Assembly (NCBI RefSeq): GCF_006345805.1
Contig: NC_043000.1
Coordinates: forward strand, 158,534,001 to 158,598,000
DNA length: 64,000 bases
Direction of reading: 5' to 3'
Source of the DNA: Octopus sinensis
Taxonomy: Eukaryota
This document shows positions 26,446 to 40,000 of this stretch, piece after piece (within the stretch, counting starts at the first letter, position 1; every line of letters starts with the position of its first letter). The notes under the pieces were generated by a model. The model was not told the origin of the DNA. It worked only from the letters and a program-made list of their open reading frames with translations, and ran no database searches. A program made the position numbers and the translations under genes.

Positions 26446-28560
26446 TAAGTAGCAAAATATGAGAAATATCTGAAGACATGATACTTTAGTGAATTACTAT
26501 ACATCTCCAAAAGATTTACTGATATGAAAATGCATATTTACTTGCCGAATTTATTATACGTTCGTTTTGTTTCTCTTTACAACGAATAAAATAAACTTCT
26601 CTGATGTTTATAAAATAAATATTCTTGATGTGAAATCGAGTAAAACATTGTGTTACACTTCATTTCATTTACCAGAGACAACACTGTGTTTTAACTACGA
26701 TGCTTATTTGAAAAGCTTAGCTACAGGTATATTTATGGCACGTACAACTGTATGTGGTATGCCATATTTTATACGTCATACCACAATCACCTGAATAATT
26801 GTATATAAGCTCTTGCATATAGAGTGGCATATAGAGAGATGTCTGTCGTCTTTTTGTCTTTTTTCACCTCTAATTTTCCATTTCTCTTCTCGTATCATTA
26901 TTAACTCAAATATTTACTCCTGTTATTGCTACGATCATCGTCTTCTCCATTGCTGGGGTATTATTCTATCTCAACTTTCTTTCTATATCTCTCCCATTTT
27001 TCTATTTTCGATCTGTATTCTGCTTTTCCCCCCATCTTTTATCATTTTTTTTTTCATTTACATTGAGAGAATCATTTGAGGGTAGCATAAAATGCATAGC
27101 GATATTTTGTTTAAATCTTTCAACTAATGGTGAGATCAATATTGTCTTTCAGATGTTCGGATTGATGAAATAAATTGATAAACCAGGGACAGTAAATCTG
27201 TGGAATTGTTAGTATTTCTCCAGTATTTCTTCTGTCACTTTGTGTTTGGAGTTCTCATCAGGTTTAACACTATCGTCTCATCTTTGTGTGTTTATACAAA
27301 TTCAGTCCTTTTAAAATCTGATGCTCAAGTCTCCAGATTGGGAACAAATTTCTCCTTTCTATTTACTAGCCTCAAAAGCTCTAAATAAAATTAGCTTTCA
27401 CGGACATTATCAGCATCTCCTTGACAAGGTAGTAAAATATATATATCTATCAGAATAACTAAAATATTTGTTCCCGGATATAGTTGAACAATATTCGTTG
27501 TCTGATTGCTTCTATTTAGGTCCAGAAATATTATCAGCCACACAGTATATTTCTAACTTTTGTTCATTTAACTAGAATATTTATCTATACATTTATAATG
27601 AGTGCAATATATTTTTTTAATATTGTCGTGGAATCTGATACGATTGACATATGAACAATCAAACACAGTAACACACGCATGCTCATACACGCCGGGGAAT
27701 GTATTATATTTCCTTTTTTATTATCATTGTCAGATCAAAGAACTACTTCATAAATGGTAATAAGATCTGTCTGTCAAAGCAAACATACACAGAGCAAACG
27801 CTAATATATTTTGTAAATGAAAGGGTGTACGATAAATACCAAGTTAGGCAAGAAACAATAAATTAAAGCGTGAGGATAATATTTTAGTAAATATTGTTGT
27901 CAAATGAATGTTATCGCTATTTGACATATCAATAAAAAATGCCGTTGTGGGAACAACTTTTAGCAAAACATGTCCCTGATCCTCAAAATCACTTTACGTT
28001 ATGAAGAAAACCATTGGAAAATTTAGGACTGTTTACGAGATCGCAATCTCACTCAACATACATATGAGAAACTATCCTCACTTTAAAAATCAATACATAT
28101 GATACATAAGTTGCTTTGCTGTGAAGTGATTAATTAATGTTTGTTATTGAAGGTAAACATTCACTTCTATCTCAGGCATGTTATCATACATTTTAATTCA
28201 TACTGAAATAGTTTTGCCGATGCAGAACGGTACGTTTTTTAAAGTAAAGTAATAATATCTGATGGGGGTGATATTAGTATGAATGCTGTCTGTGACTCTA
28301 GAGCTGAAAGAAAAATATTTATTGAAACGTAAAACAATACAAACACAAGAAGATATTCTGAAACATTGCAAACATAGTTAGGTTTTGGATGGCATATTTA
28401 GAAACATTTGGATCTCACTCATTTGGCACCTTCTTTAGTCACAGCTGGACGTCACCAAAGATGTTTGTTACCTGCGCTGGTTTCGTTGGTTTCCGGTATG
28501 GAAAATTGATGATAAAAGTAATGTATATGTATATATATTTCTGTATTTACTTCTCCATGA

Positions 28561-28593
<33 letters not shown>

Positions 28594-28689
28594 GTATGTA
28601 TGTATATATATGTATATATGTATGTATATATATGTATATATATGTATGTATATATATGTATATATGTATTTATGTACGTATCTGTATAT

Positions 28690-28885
28690 GTTTGTATCTA
28701 TGTTGGTCCCCCCAACATCGCTTGACAACAGATGTTGGTGCCTTTATTTCCCCCTAAATAGCGGTTCGGGAAAAGTGCCCGATAGAATAAGTACTAGGCT
28801 TATAAAGAAAAAGTCCTGGGGTCGATCTGCTCGACTAAAGGCGGTGCTCCACCATGGCCACAGTCAAATGGCCAAAACAAGTAAA
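28690..28885 (+). mobile_element. SINE family A, 3' half
   Basis: CATCGCTTGACAAC..GATAGAATAAGTACTAGGC..GGCGGTGCTCCA..AAACAAGTAAAAGA. Confidence 0.85.
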
Positions 28886-28904
28886 AGAATAAAAAGAATA
28901 AAAG

Positions 28905-28954
<50 letters not shown>

Positions 28955-29068
28955 GTGTGTGTGTGTGTATACATTTATATATTTATTTAATTATTCCCCT
29001 TCTACATTCTCTATTTAGTGTAACTAAATTTAGTGTAACTAATGAACCGAGAGTTATACCTACACACA

Positions 29069-29188
<120 letters not shown>

Positions 29189-29523
29189 TATATATATGAA
29201 TAGGAAAAAAAGAAAAAAAACACACAAACGTTTATCTGAATGCTAATTAGTATCGGAATGTACTAGACGGGGAAACATTATATTTAGCCATAGATTTTAT
29301 AGCTTTTAGAAAAACAAATGGAAATAGAAACAACTTTTTAAAAAAATCTAAAACGTAAATAAATGTAGGTGAGACAAAGAATGAAAAATAATTAAATGAA
29401 GTGAATTCACTCAGACACAGATGAATGGAATATTGCTTTTCTAAAGCTCTGTCTACAAGAATACTTACATGCTGCAGGTGTATGTGCGTGCGTGTGTGTA
29501 TAAATATACATATATATGTATGT

Positions 29524-29561
<38 letters not shown>

Positions 29562-29660
29562 ACACACACACAGAAACATAGACAGACTCAAACGGGTAGA
29601 TAGCTAATAAGATCACGCTTCCCTTTCTTCTCTGTCTTTCTCTCGCTCTTTCTCTGTATA

Positions 29661-29731
<71 letters not shown>

Positions 29732-29958
29732 TTATTAATCAATATAGGTGGCAAAAAAAATTTTGTAGAATTTCTCTGCCACCAGCGGCCTAGTGGGAAA
29801 AAATTAAATAGTCATAGACCATTTATAAGTTCAACATCACAATCAAGGAACGGCCATAATAGGCCATTCGCCCACTAGAAATAACAGCCAAAGCTTCAAC
29901 CGCAAAATAACATTAATTCCGCAAACCAGGAGAAAATTAAAAAAACATTTACCCTGTA

Positions 29959-30065
29959 ATTTCTTATACGATGCACCGTTTCATCTATTGTTTAATGGTA
30001 AACTAACCTGATTAAATTAAATCAAGCCAATCTTCCATAGGCCCTTAGATTCGTCAGTAAGAAAT
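29959..30065 (-). ncRNA. type I hammerhead ribozyme
   Basis: atttctta-CTGACGA-atcta..(58 nt)..tagat-GAAA-cggtgcatcg-TA-taagaaat: 8-bp helix I, intact core, GUA cleavage triplet. Confidence 0.85.
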
Positions 30066-30445
30066 AGCCAGATCGGAACAGATATTTTCACGAGGCACTT
30101 CTGTCCCTGCCTCGGCAATATCTGACCTAAAATTTTCAAATCATCGCACTCGCGCCAAATTTATCGGCAGCAAATAAATATAAGCCACCGATTCCATTAC
30201 GGAATCAACCAGAAAATTCATAATTAATCAATATAGGGTGGCAAAAAAAAATTTGTAGAATTTCTCTGCCACCAGCGGCCTAGTGGGAAAAAATTAAATA
30301 GTCATAGACCATTTATAAGTTCAACATCACAATCAAGGAACGGCCATAATAGGCCATTCACCCACTAGAAATAACAGCCAAAGCTTCAACCGCAAAATAA
30401 CATAATTCCGCAAACCAGGAGAAAATAAAAAACATTTACCCTGTA

Positions 30446-30552
30446 ATTTCTTATACGATGCACCGTTTCATCTATTGTTTAATGGTAAACTAACCTGATT
30501 AAATTAAATCAAGCCAATCTTCCATAGGCCCTTAGATTCGTCAGTAAGAAAT
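30446..30552 (-). ncRNA. type I hammerhead ribozyme
   Basis: Same motif 487 bp from the first. Confidence 0.85.
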
Positions 30553-30852
30553 AGCCAAATCGGAACAGATATTTTCACGAGGCACTTCTGTCCCTGCCTC
30601 GGCAATATCTGACCTAAAATTTTCAAATCATCGCACTCGCGCCAAATTTATCGGCAGCAAATATATATTTTTTTTGCCACCCTATATTGATTAATTATGA
30701 ATTTTGTGGTTGATTCCGTAATGGAATCGGCGGCTTATATTTATTTGCTGCCGATAAATTTGGCGCGAGTGCGATGATTTGAAAACTTTAGGTCAGATAT
30801 TGCCGAGGCAGGGACAGAAGTGCCTCGTGAAAATATCTGTTCCGATCTGGCT

Positions 30853-30959
30853 ATTTCTTACTGACGAATCTAAGGGCCTATGGAAGATTGGCTTGATTTA
30901 ATTTAATCAGGTTAGTTTACCATTAAACAATAGATGAAACGGTGCATCGTATAAGAATT
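30853..30959 (+). ncRNA. type I hammerhead ribozyme
   Basis: ttctta-CTGACGA(30861)-atcta..tagat-GAAA-cggtgcatc-GTA(30949-30951)-taagaa. Confidence 0.85.
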
Positions 30960-31080
30960 ACAGGGTAAATGTTTTTTTAATTTTCTCCTGGTTTGCGGAA
31001 TTAATGTTATTTTGCGGTTGAAGCTTTGGCTGTTATTTCTAGTGGGTGAATGGCCTATGATGGCCGTTCCTTGATTGTGA

Positions 31081-31120
<40 letters not shown>

Positions 31121-31122
<2 letters not shown>

Positions 31123-31350
31123 CTTTATTGCTCACATGAGGCTAAATATAGAGAGGACAAACAAGGACAGACAAAGGGATTAAGTCGATTGCCTCGACCC
31201 CAGTGCGTAACTGCTGCTTAATTTATCGACTCCGAAAGGATGAAAGGTAAAGTCGACCTCGACGGTATTTGAACTCAGAACGTAACGGCAGAGGAAATAG
31301 GGCTACGCATTTCGCCCGGCGTGCTAACGTTTCTGCCAGCTCGCCGCCTT
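31121..31350 (-). mobile_element. SINE family B, full length
   Basis: Minus strand GGCGGCGAGCTGGCAGAAACGTTAG..GAGTTCAAAT..CCTTTCATCCTTTCGGAGTCGATAAATTAAG. Confidence 0.9.
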
Positions 31351-31406
31351 AATATCTTATCACAAAGCCGCGCCCATATATAAATATATATATATATATA
31401 TATGTA

Positions 31407-31630
31407 GGCGCGGCTGTGTGATAAGAAGCTCGCTTCCCGACCACATGGTTCCGAGTTCAGTCCGTGTGTGTGGACTTGGTAGACGGAAACTGAAAGAAGC
31501 CCGTCATATATGTGTGTGTATGTGTGTGTGGTTGTCTTTGTACCCCCACCATTCTTGACAAACGATGTTGGTGTGTTTATATCCTCGTAACTAACGGTTA
31601 GGCAAAATAGACCTATATAATAAGTAGATA
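31407..31630 (+). mobile_element. SINE family A, partial
   Basis: GGCTGTGTGATAAGAAGC..CCACATGGTTCCGAGTTCAGTCC..GTAGACGGAAACTGAAAGAAGCCCGTC. Confidence 0.85.
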
Positions 31631-32136
31631 TGCACCGATTTGTGTATATGCAAATGTGTATGAATACATGTGTGCAAGTAGAGAAAGAGAAAAAGATAGT
31701 ATGTGTGTATATTTGTGTGTATGTGTGTGTGTGTGGCGTGTGTGATTGCATAGCATATATGCATATGCACTAATGGAGGGTGATGATAAACATGAACTAG
31801 CGGTAGAAAGTGGGATGAAATTCTGTGGCTTAAAATTGATAAACATTACGATCGATATACTAATACACAGAGGAATAAGATTACACATATTTCAACATAG
31901 AAATATATTTTACTGTGGGGGGAATTTCCCTTAATATTCATATTCTAATTTTATTTATCGTTCCGGATAGCTTAATATAATCTGACCAAATATTTCCTAG
32001 ATCGAGCACTAGATAAATAATGTGGTATTCTTCGATTTTTTTTCCCAAATAAACTGATAAATTATATTTGCAAATATTCTCCCGCGACTCACACTTGAGA
32101 CAAGTTTCAATTTATAGACGTATACATATAAACGAA

Positions 32137-32208
<72 letters not shown>

Positions 32209-33105
32209 TTAAGTATGCATGCATGTATACACACAGTCAGATATGCATACACACCTGCATATGATTGTGCGCAATGTCTATGCTTCGCTAGACCTGTGTG
32301 ACTACGTGTGTATGCGAATGCATGTGGGGCAGGAAACTATGCTTAAAATAAGCGACAGACGGGGCTAATCAAATTCTAAAGAGTAGTCTGTTTTGTAATT
32401 TTCAAAATATACTCTTATCAATTGCCGGGTGACTGCATTACCTATGCGTTCACACATAGCTGGTGTAAGATTTCTTCTTAGAGTTATATATAAATATCTA
32501 TATAGGTTTAATTAAACTTATAATCTTAACTGTCTGTCGTGCTCTGTTCGCATAATTCGATAACAACTAGAGCGAAATAAAGTACCTACTCTAGCTTTTC
32601 TAATTAATGCTTAACATGGCAAGATATTTCATCTTTCTTTCTGGTTCCAGAATAATTTATCCCAATATTAAGAATTTGTATTCACATGTAATCTCAAGAA
32701 AATAATTTAGCAGCTAAGATTAATGATATTTAACGTAAAGTCGATTTAAATCACTTACAAAAGGCTACGTATCATTTCTGGTCGAGAGAATTATTCGTTT
32801 AAACAATCTTAGCAGCGCACATATTCACATCTTTCTTCAATTAGCTATACATGTCTTTCTCCGTATCTCTCTTTCTGTATCCGTCAGTAAACTTCTGTCT
32901 CTAATCAATCTGCATACATAAATACATACACAATGACACAAACACATTATTTCGTATGTGTGCGCGTGTGTGTGTGTGTGTGTATGTGTGTATGACTGTA
33001 AGAGATTGTTTAGGGTGTAGTCTTTGCCCGTTTAGAAGCTCAGTTTGAAACCACGTGGTTTCTGTATTAGTCCTACTGTGCAGTACCTGAAGAATGTGTC
33101 TTCTT

Positions 33106-33336
33106 ATTTCTTTACTACCCACAAGGGGTTAAACATAGAGGGGACAAACAAGGACAGACAAACGGATTAAGTCGATTACATCGAACCTCCCAGTGCGTAA
33201 CTGGTACTTAATTTATCGACCCCGAAAGGATGAAAGGCAAAGTCAACCTCGGCGGAATTTGAACTCAGAATGTAACGGCAGACGAAATACGGCTACGCAT
33301 TTCGCCCGGCGTGCTAACGATTCCGCCAGCTCACCT
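33106..33336 (-). mobile_element. SINE family B, full length, with apparent target-site duplication
   Basis: Homologous to 31121-31350. ACCTGAAGAATGTGTCTTCT occurs on both sides (~33085 and ~33333). Confidence 0.9.
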
Positions 33337-35020
33337 GAAGAATGTGTCTTCTGCTTTGGCTTCGACGTGAGCGATTTACTTAGCCATCCCACCCTAACTT
33401 ACCTCCCGGTAATCTGAAATAGATTTCATATTACCTCTCAGGATAGCGTGAACCCGATTTCAAATTACCTCTGTGTAATGTTCACACTACCCTCTTACTC
33501 ATTTCGCTAAAAGGAAAAATCCCAATGCTTACATTTGATACGTTCACAGCAGTAAACACATGTAACATTCAAGAGTGTAAACTAATCTCAAAAAAAAAAA
33601 ATATATATATATATTTTTAACATCCCCTAACAATTTTATAATGCCATTAAAAGTATATTCCGTATCATTCATTCTGAGTTAGAAGGTTTTTTTTTTATCT
33701 TCTTATATATATATATATGTAAACACTCCTTTCTACGTTTAAACTTTTTCTTTCTATTCGAATTTATGAAAGAATGTAAGTACAAACATATTTATAGATT
33801 TCAAATGCAATCGAAATATATATCATACAAAGGAGAATATATTAATAAACATACATCTAAAATTCTAACGAAATGTATTCATTTACACACACACACAAAC
33901 ATACACACATACACACACACACACACACAAACAATATGAATGCACTTTAAATACAAACGGAATATATTGATTATACAAAACTAAATAGTTCAATACACTT
34001 TAAATACTAAAGAAACCTATTTATGTATTTATGGACGAAATAAAATATTTATAATCTTAGTGGTAGTTATTATATAGTAAATATAATAATGATACTCATA
34101 ACAAATACGATTTATTTACCATCTGGGTGACGAACATTTGAGCAAGGATTTGAGCGGGTGATATGAAGTCATCAAAGGATAGTGTGAAATAGTTTTCAAG
34201 GTAGCGGACGGCAAGCTGAACGGGGTATGATATGAAGTCATTACACCGAGCTTACCAATGCCTTGTGACAGTTACTGAATCTATGCAGGAGTCCGGTGTA
34301 TGTATGTATGTATGTATGTATGTATGTATGTATCTATCTATCTATCTATCTATCTATCAATCACAGCCCTTTCACGCTTACTTCGTTAATTCCACTCTTC
34401 GTCATTTCGTTCCCCATCTCTCAAATCTCCTTACCTTCTCTTCATGCTCACTTTCCCTCCTCTTTTCACTTCACTGTGTGCTTGTCATTTTTTCTTGTCC
34501 CTCCTTATTTCTTCTGTCCCTGTGTCTCTACCTCTCTCTTCTCTCCCCGCGTGACCCGTGTTCGGCCAAGCCTGACCTTTCTTTCTTCGTTCGGCCGTCG
34601 TCCGTGCAACAGCTGTATTCCTCCCTGTGCCTATGAAATCTTGTATCCTTGCTGTAAGGCTTTACTTCCACACACGCTAGCTTAATTTAATTCGTCCTCA
34701 GTCGAAAGACACTTGTTGTTATGTCCTGTTATTTGCCTTTGTGTAACATTCTCCGTATTTTTCTGTTGTTTTCGTATATATCCACTGCTTTCTTCCAAAG
34801 AATCTAATGGTCTTAGCTTAGTTTTTCCTTGGGGTTGGCCTGATTGGAGCAATCTTGAGTATAACCTCCCGAAATTGCAAAGATAATTGGGAACTCGACT
34901 GAGGAAAGAAAACTCCGAATGACCCGTCCATGTTTCCTTGTATCGTCTGTCTGGATGTTTTGTTGTCCCTGTTTTGTGTTCCCTAACTATTTGGATGTTT
35001 TGAGATTTTGTCCCATTTTT

Positions 35021-35058
<38 letters not shown>

Positions 35059-35285
35059 AAGTAAATAATAAGGGTGGATTCTTAACAATTTTTCACCCGA
35101 AAGGCAAAAGTATGTACGTCACTGAAGCGACTGAGGGCGCTATTCAGCACCAGTATTGCTAGAAATATTCAAAGTCGGCGGTTACACAGACCATGAATAT
35201 AGTGTACGCTCACTCACCATCTATAGGTTTCCTTGAAACTGAATGCCTCTTATTTAGATATGATTAGATTAGTAGTAATAGTAGC

Positions 35286-35361
<76 letters not shown>

Positions 35362-35599
35362 TATGAGACACTTTGGAATGTGTGGTAAAATACCTTGCAG
35401 TTTCTTGTTCCGATTTTTTCTTTATTGCAAAAAGCGACAGAGGGAACGCTTCAGCGTACAGATCCTCCCATCACCAAATTTGCCTTACATCTATCTACGA
35501 TCATCAAAAATAACTTGTCAGTAAAATAATTAGGACGATCGTCTTGACGAAATCGTCCGTCAGTATTGTTGGTTTGCGCCTAAATTCGAAGGAATTTAA

Positions 35600-35725
35600 A
35601 GTGGCAAGCTGGGAGGATCGTTGGTGCATCGGATAAAATTTTGCTGCGTTTTTTCCGGCCCTTCAGTTTCTAAGTTCAAATGTGACTGAAGTCAATTTTA
35701 CCTTTCATCATTTCGGAGTCGTTAA
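35600..35725 (+). mobile_element. SINE family B, decayed
   Basis: AAGTTCAAAT..CCTTTCATCATTTCGGAGTCG. Confidence 0.6.
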
Positions 35726-36139
35726 ATGATTGTGTATGAGAATACATATACAGGAACTTGTGCCGTTGATTTGAATTAGAGAGGCGAGAAAGTTATTTTG
35801 ACTAAGTGTGTATTTTGACAGAGACGGATATTTGTTCGCGTTTGAATCTGAAAATAATATTGTAGTTACAATAGTGTTTACTAAGAGGAAATATCTGATT
35901 TTGCAAGTTTCAAAGGGAAAATATACTTGAAAATTATTTAGACGTGTGAATCCTAGTTAATGCCAGCGTATTCTGAGAAACCAGTAAAGACACGACTCAT
36001 GACACTTTACCCTCCATTCCTCATCTCTCTCCTCCCCTTTCTCTCTCTCTTTGTTTATCTACACACATCCACACACAAATACATACGCAGACAAATATAT
36101 ACTGATCTCATATTTTCGATCAAGGCCAGCAAGTTCGGT

Positions 36140-36316
36140 GTGTGGCGGGTAGTCGATTCCATCAACTGCAGTTTTCAGCTAGAACTTATTTTATTGACCC
36201 CAAAAGAATGAAAGGCAAAATTCTACTACTTCGGAATTTGAACTCAAAATGAAAGGACGGACAAAATTCCGCTACGAATATTGCCAGCGTGCTGATACTT
36301 CTGTCAGCTCTCCGCT
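36140..36316 (-). mobile_element. SINE family B, decayed
   Basis: GACCCCAAAAGAATGAAAGGC..GGAATTTGAACTCA..GCGTGCT..CTGTCAGCTC. Confidence 0.75.
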
Positions 36317-36930
36317 TTCTACACACAAACATATATTACAAAATACAGGCAACTACGGAGATATGGATTAATAGTAGTCCATTGTATTGATATTTGAACT
36401 GTACTATTCATCTGTATGTGCATGCCTCTGTGTGTGTATGTGCTCGCATCCATGTGTGTGTGCGTGTGTGTGTATGTATTTGCTATTGGTGGTGAATCTC
36501 GATCTTTTAAACTGAGCATTCCGTTGTTCGATTACATGAACTACTTACCTTAGAGTTTACGTTTCACTGGCTGAGTATTCCTCATAGGTGAATCTTAATG
36601 TGATCGTAAGACAGATTCACTGTGAATCTCAGCATGGTATGGCTTTACGTTTTGAATTAGTAATACAATCTGGGCTATGGGCTTCTATCCCTTTTCCGAT
36701 TATGTAATGTAATTTGTAAGATAAGTTGACTCGAGGTTATAGAAAATCATCTTCACTCTAGTTGGCATATTGACAATTCGAACACAAATCCTCATATTTT
36801 TAAAACACACTAACCATTCGGCTATACTGCCATACTGCTATTACTGTCTGTATATTTCTTTCATAAATATGTATGTCTGCATATACGCATACAAATATAT
36901 ACATTCATATATATATATATATTTATATAT

Positions 36931-37005
<75 letters not shown>

Positions 37006-40000
37006 TATACACATATATGTACATACACATACACACATACATACATACACAAACACACACATACACAAGCATGCACGCATAAGCTCACACAGAGATATGT
37101 GTGTACTATCTTTGGATGAGTACACATTTATTTAATGCGCAGTGGTTTAATTAATTTTCTGTCTCTTAAAATTAACTATCATATATTATAAAGACTTTAT
37201 TCATTATAAAGTTAGTTAAAACAAATCACAAAACCTGTTTTGATGTGCATTTTTTGGTAAACTGGTAGAAAAGATATCAAACAACGTGCTCACTAAGCTG
37301 TACGTTATCGGAGGTTGTTTACAGATTGTGAGAGTATAATTGGTAATTTTTAAAGTGATTCATTAATTATTCTTTTAATCCGCTTTTACAATGTAGCTTT
37401 TGACTGTGTGTGTTGGAAAATGTGTGACGTTAAAGTATGTATTAAGATAACTAATTATTCCATACCTTTCATATCATTTTACTTTATATTTTCTTATTAT
37501 ATTTTTTCCTCCGTATTATATGCTACTATACATAAATAAGCTTGATAGGTAGACAAGGTCTGCAGCACAGCAATGAACTTGGATTCACAGCATTTCCTTC
37601 CCTTCGCTCTTTACATTTATTGATGAATAACTTACAAGCCAAGTTCTGGGATCAATGTTATCGATTCTTCCATCTCATGAAATCTCTGTCTTTGTACCTA
37701 TCTCGAACAGTATTATAATTACATAAGCAAGATAGATTATTAAAATTGGTATATCAACGGACAATTTATTATGTAGCATTTATTTGTTACATTTCCATTC
37801 GCAGATCAAATCTCGCTGGAGTCGATGTTTCCTTTCAACATTCCCGTGTCATCAAATAGGTGCAGTAGTCTCTTTAATCGACTATTTTCGCACGCTAAAT
37901 TCAAGGTCCTTTGCCTGCATTGGAAATCATATTAACAGAAGTCAAAGAGAATAGACTAATACACAGCGTACTGCGAACTTTCACTTTCATATTTAATGAA
38001 CTTAGAAGCACAAGCGCGCTGTATTATTTCAAAGCATTTCTCCACGCCACAATCGATTACTGGATCTCCTAGAAAAAGAGTGAAGTCTAAGAGTAAAAAC
38101 TAGAATTTGAAGTAGCTACTTTTGCTCATTACGAAAAAATAAAAGTTAATAATATTCATAAAATGTGCTCGTGATATGGAAATATTTGAATTTTGAGTCA
38201 ATGCGGTCATTTAATATCTGATTGTACCCTGCTCATCAGTGGATGTATACTCAGGAACTATTGCGCGTTTCATTGTATTTCGAGGAATAAACGTGAGGAT
38301 TTTCAGGACAAGCATGTATGCGTGTGTATGTTTCTCTCTCTGTGTCTCTCCCCCTCTCTGTGGTGTGTTCCATCAACAATTCATAAATATTCTCTACCTA
38401 ACACGAACTTACAGTTAACAATTATAAACTATTTTATTCCTGCGTGTTGTATATTACCATTTTGATACATTTGAAAGTACTGTATGGATGGCCTTGATTT
38501 AATTCTCGAATTTCATACCCCAAGCTGAATTAAATACTTTAAATACCTTAATCTTTACTAAATGATCATGCTAGTATTATGTTTTGTATACAACTTAAAA
38601 TTATCAATATAAAGGAAATAATCTGTAGTTTGTCCATAATATTCATCAAGGCTGGTAGTTTTATTCGTAGCAAGACAAAATAATGTTTGAAGAGTAAGAT
38701 TTCCGGTGGTTAGAGCAGATTTCTACGCGCCACTATGTTATGTTATAAGTTTTTCTTTTTGATATAGGGTGATTGACATACATTTCACGCTATGGCCATT
38801 GTATTATCATAATTATATATATATCAATTATATGCATGGGTTTGGGACAGAGTCAAGCTATGCTATACTTAGATGTATATTTCTCTCTCAAGTGATTAAT
38901 AAATGAGCGGTTTAGAATGAGTTGCTCTTTATATATCGGCAATCTAGTTTGATTTGTCAATATATTATTAATAAACAAAAGTGCGGCTAAATTTCAGATA
39001 TTATAAATTCAAGTATTTCTTATTGTTGATAAATAGGTTATTGGTCTGTAGTACAAGCGAATAGTAGCGTTTGCGTTTTTAAAATAAGTATAATTTTCTT
39101 GAACATTGTTTCAGAATGTGTTGTTAAGTGAATTAAACCAAAGTAGTGTTAATCAATCTTCAGTGTTTTTCAGTTTCTATTATTCTCCTCTCATTACAAT
39201 GGAATTGTATTTTTCTTTCTCTTGGTTTTCTGACCAATACTAATACACTGCACATTTTGGTTACATAAATTTGTACACATCTGTATTTTCCGATATCAAA
39301 TATTTATTATATCCTAACATTAGCTACACCATATTCCATAATATTTGGTTCTCGGTGAAGAATAATTATCAGATTTTAAATAATAGTAACATACGCACGC
39401 TTATATAATACGTATATCATTGCTCTGTAAGTGCACCCGATAAGTTGCAAAACTATATAGGTACAACAGCTGAATTTCAATTGAACTGGAATAGCAATAT
39501 CACAAAAATTGCATTTAGGAATACAAACAAAGCTCGCTGCGCCGCAAGACTAAATAATTTACAAATAAAAACCTGTGACAAACGCCTTCTAGCAATTGCA
39601 ATTGTCTCCTAATGAGTGTGTGTATGCATGTTTCTGCAAAGTAATCGGATACACACACACATAAACACACACGCACGCATTTACACTCAGACAGGCAGGC
39701 AGGCAGGCATACAAGAATATATATACTATATATATTTATATATTGTCTATATCTATAAAAGAGAGTTTGTACTTTTGTATGTGTGTGTATGTGTGTATTC
39801 CTTATGCATTCCAAACCGAGTTGCCGATTTTAACGCATGTAGTATCAAAAAATTCACTAAGCTTTCGCCTACCAAATAAACTTTATTTTCATTCACTAAT
39901 GAGGGCCACTTACACATTCATGCAAAAATTTCATACATCTCAACACACACCTTCACTTCCTCACTCTCTCTCTTTCTTTCTCTCTCTCTCGCACACACAC

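Larger units (their letters stand above)
29734..31082. mobile_element. non-coding 487-bp tandem repeat (about 1.9 units) plus one inverted partial unit; retrozyme-like or non-autonomous Penelope-associated element
   Basis: 29734-30222 is repeated at 30223-30663, and 30668-31082 is the reverse complement. Copies are near-identical, have no ORF, carry one hammerhead each and are flanked by (TA)n. Confidence 0.88.

Noticed and set aside
28382-28495. Exon-like open segment FWMAYLETFGSHSF..GFR/gtatgg
   Set aside because: Weak acceptor and no recognisable protein family.
29734-31082. CRISPR-like array or DNA-transposon TIRs
   Set aside because: Units are 487 bp with no spacers, and the inverted part is a permuted internal copy rather than matched termini.
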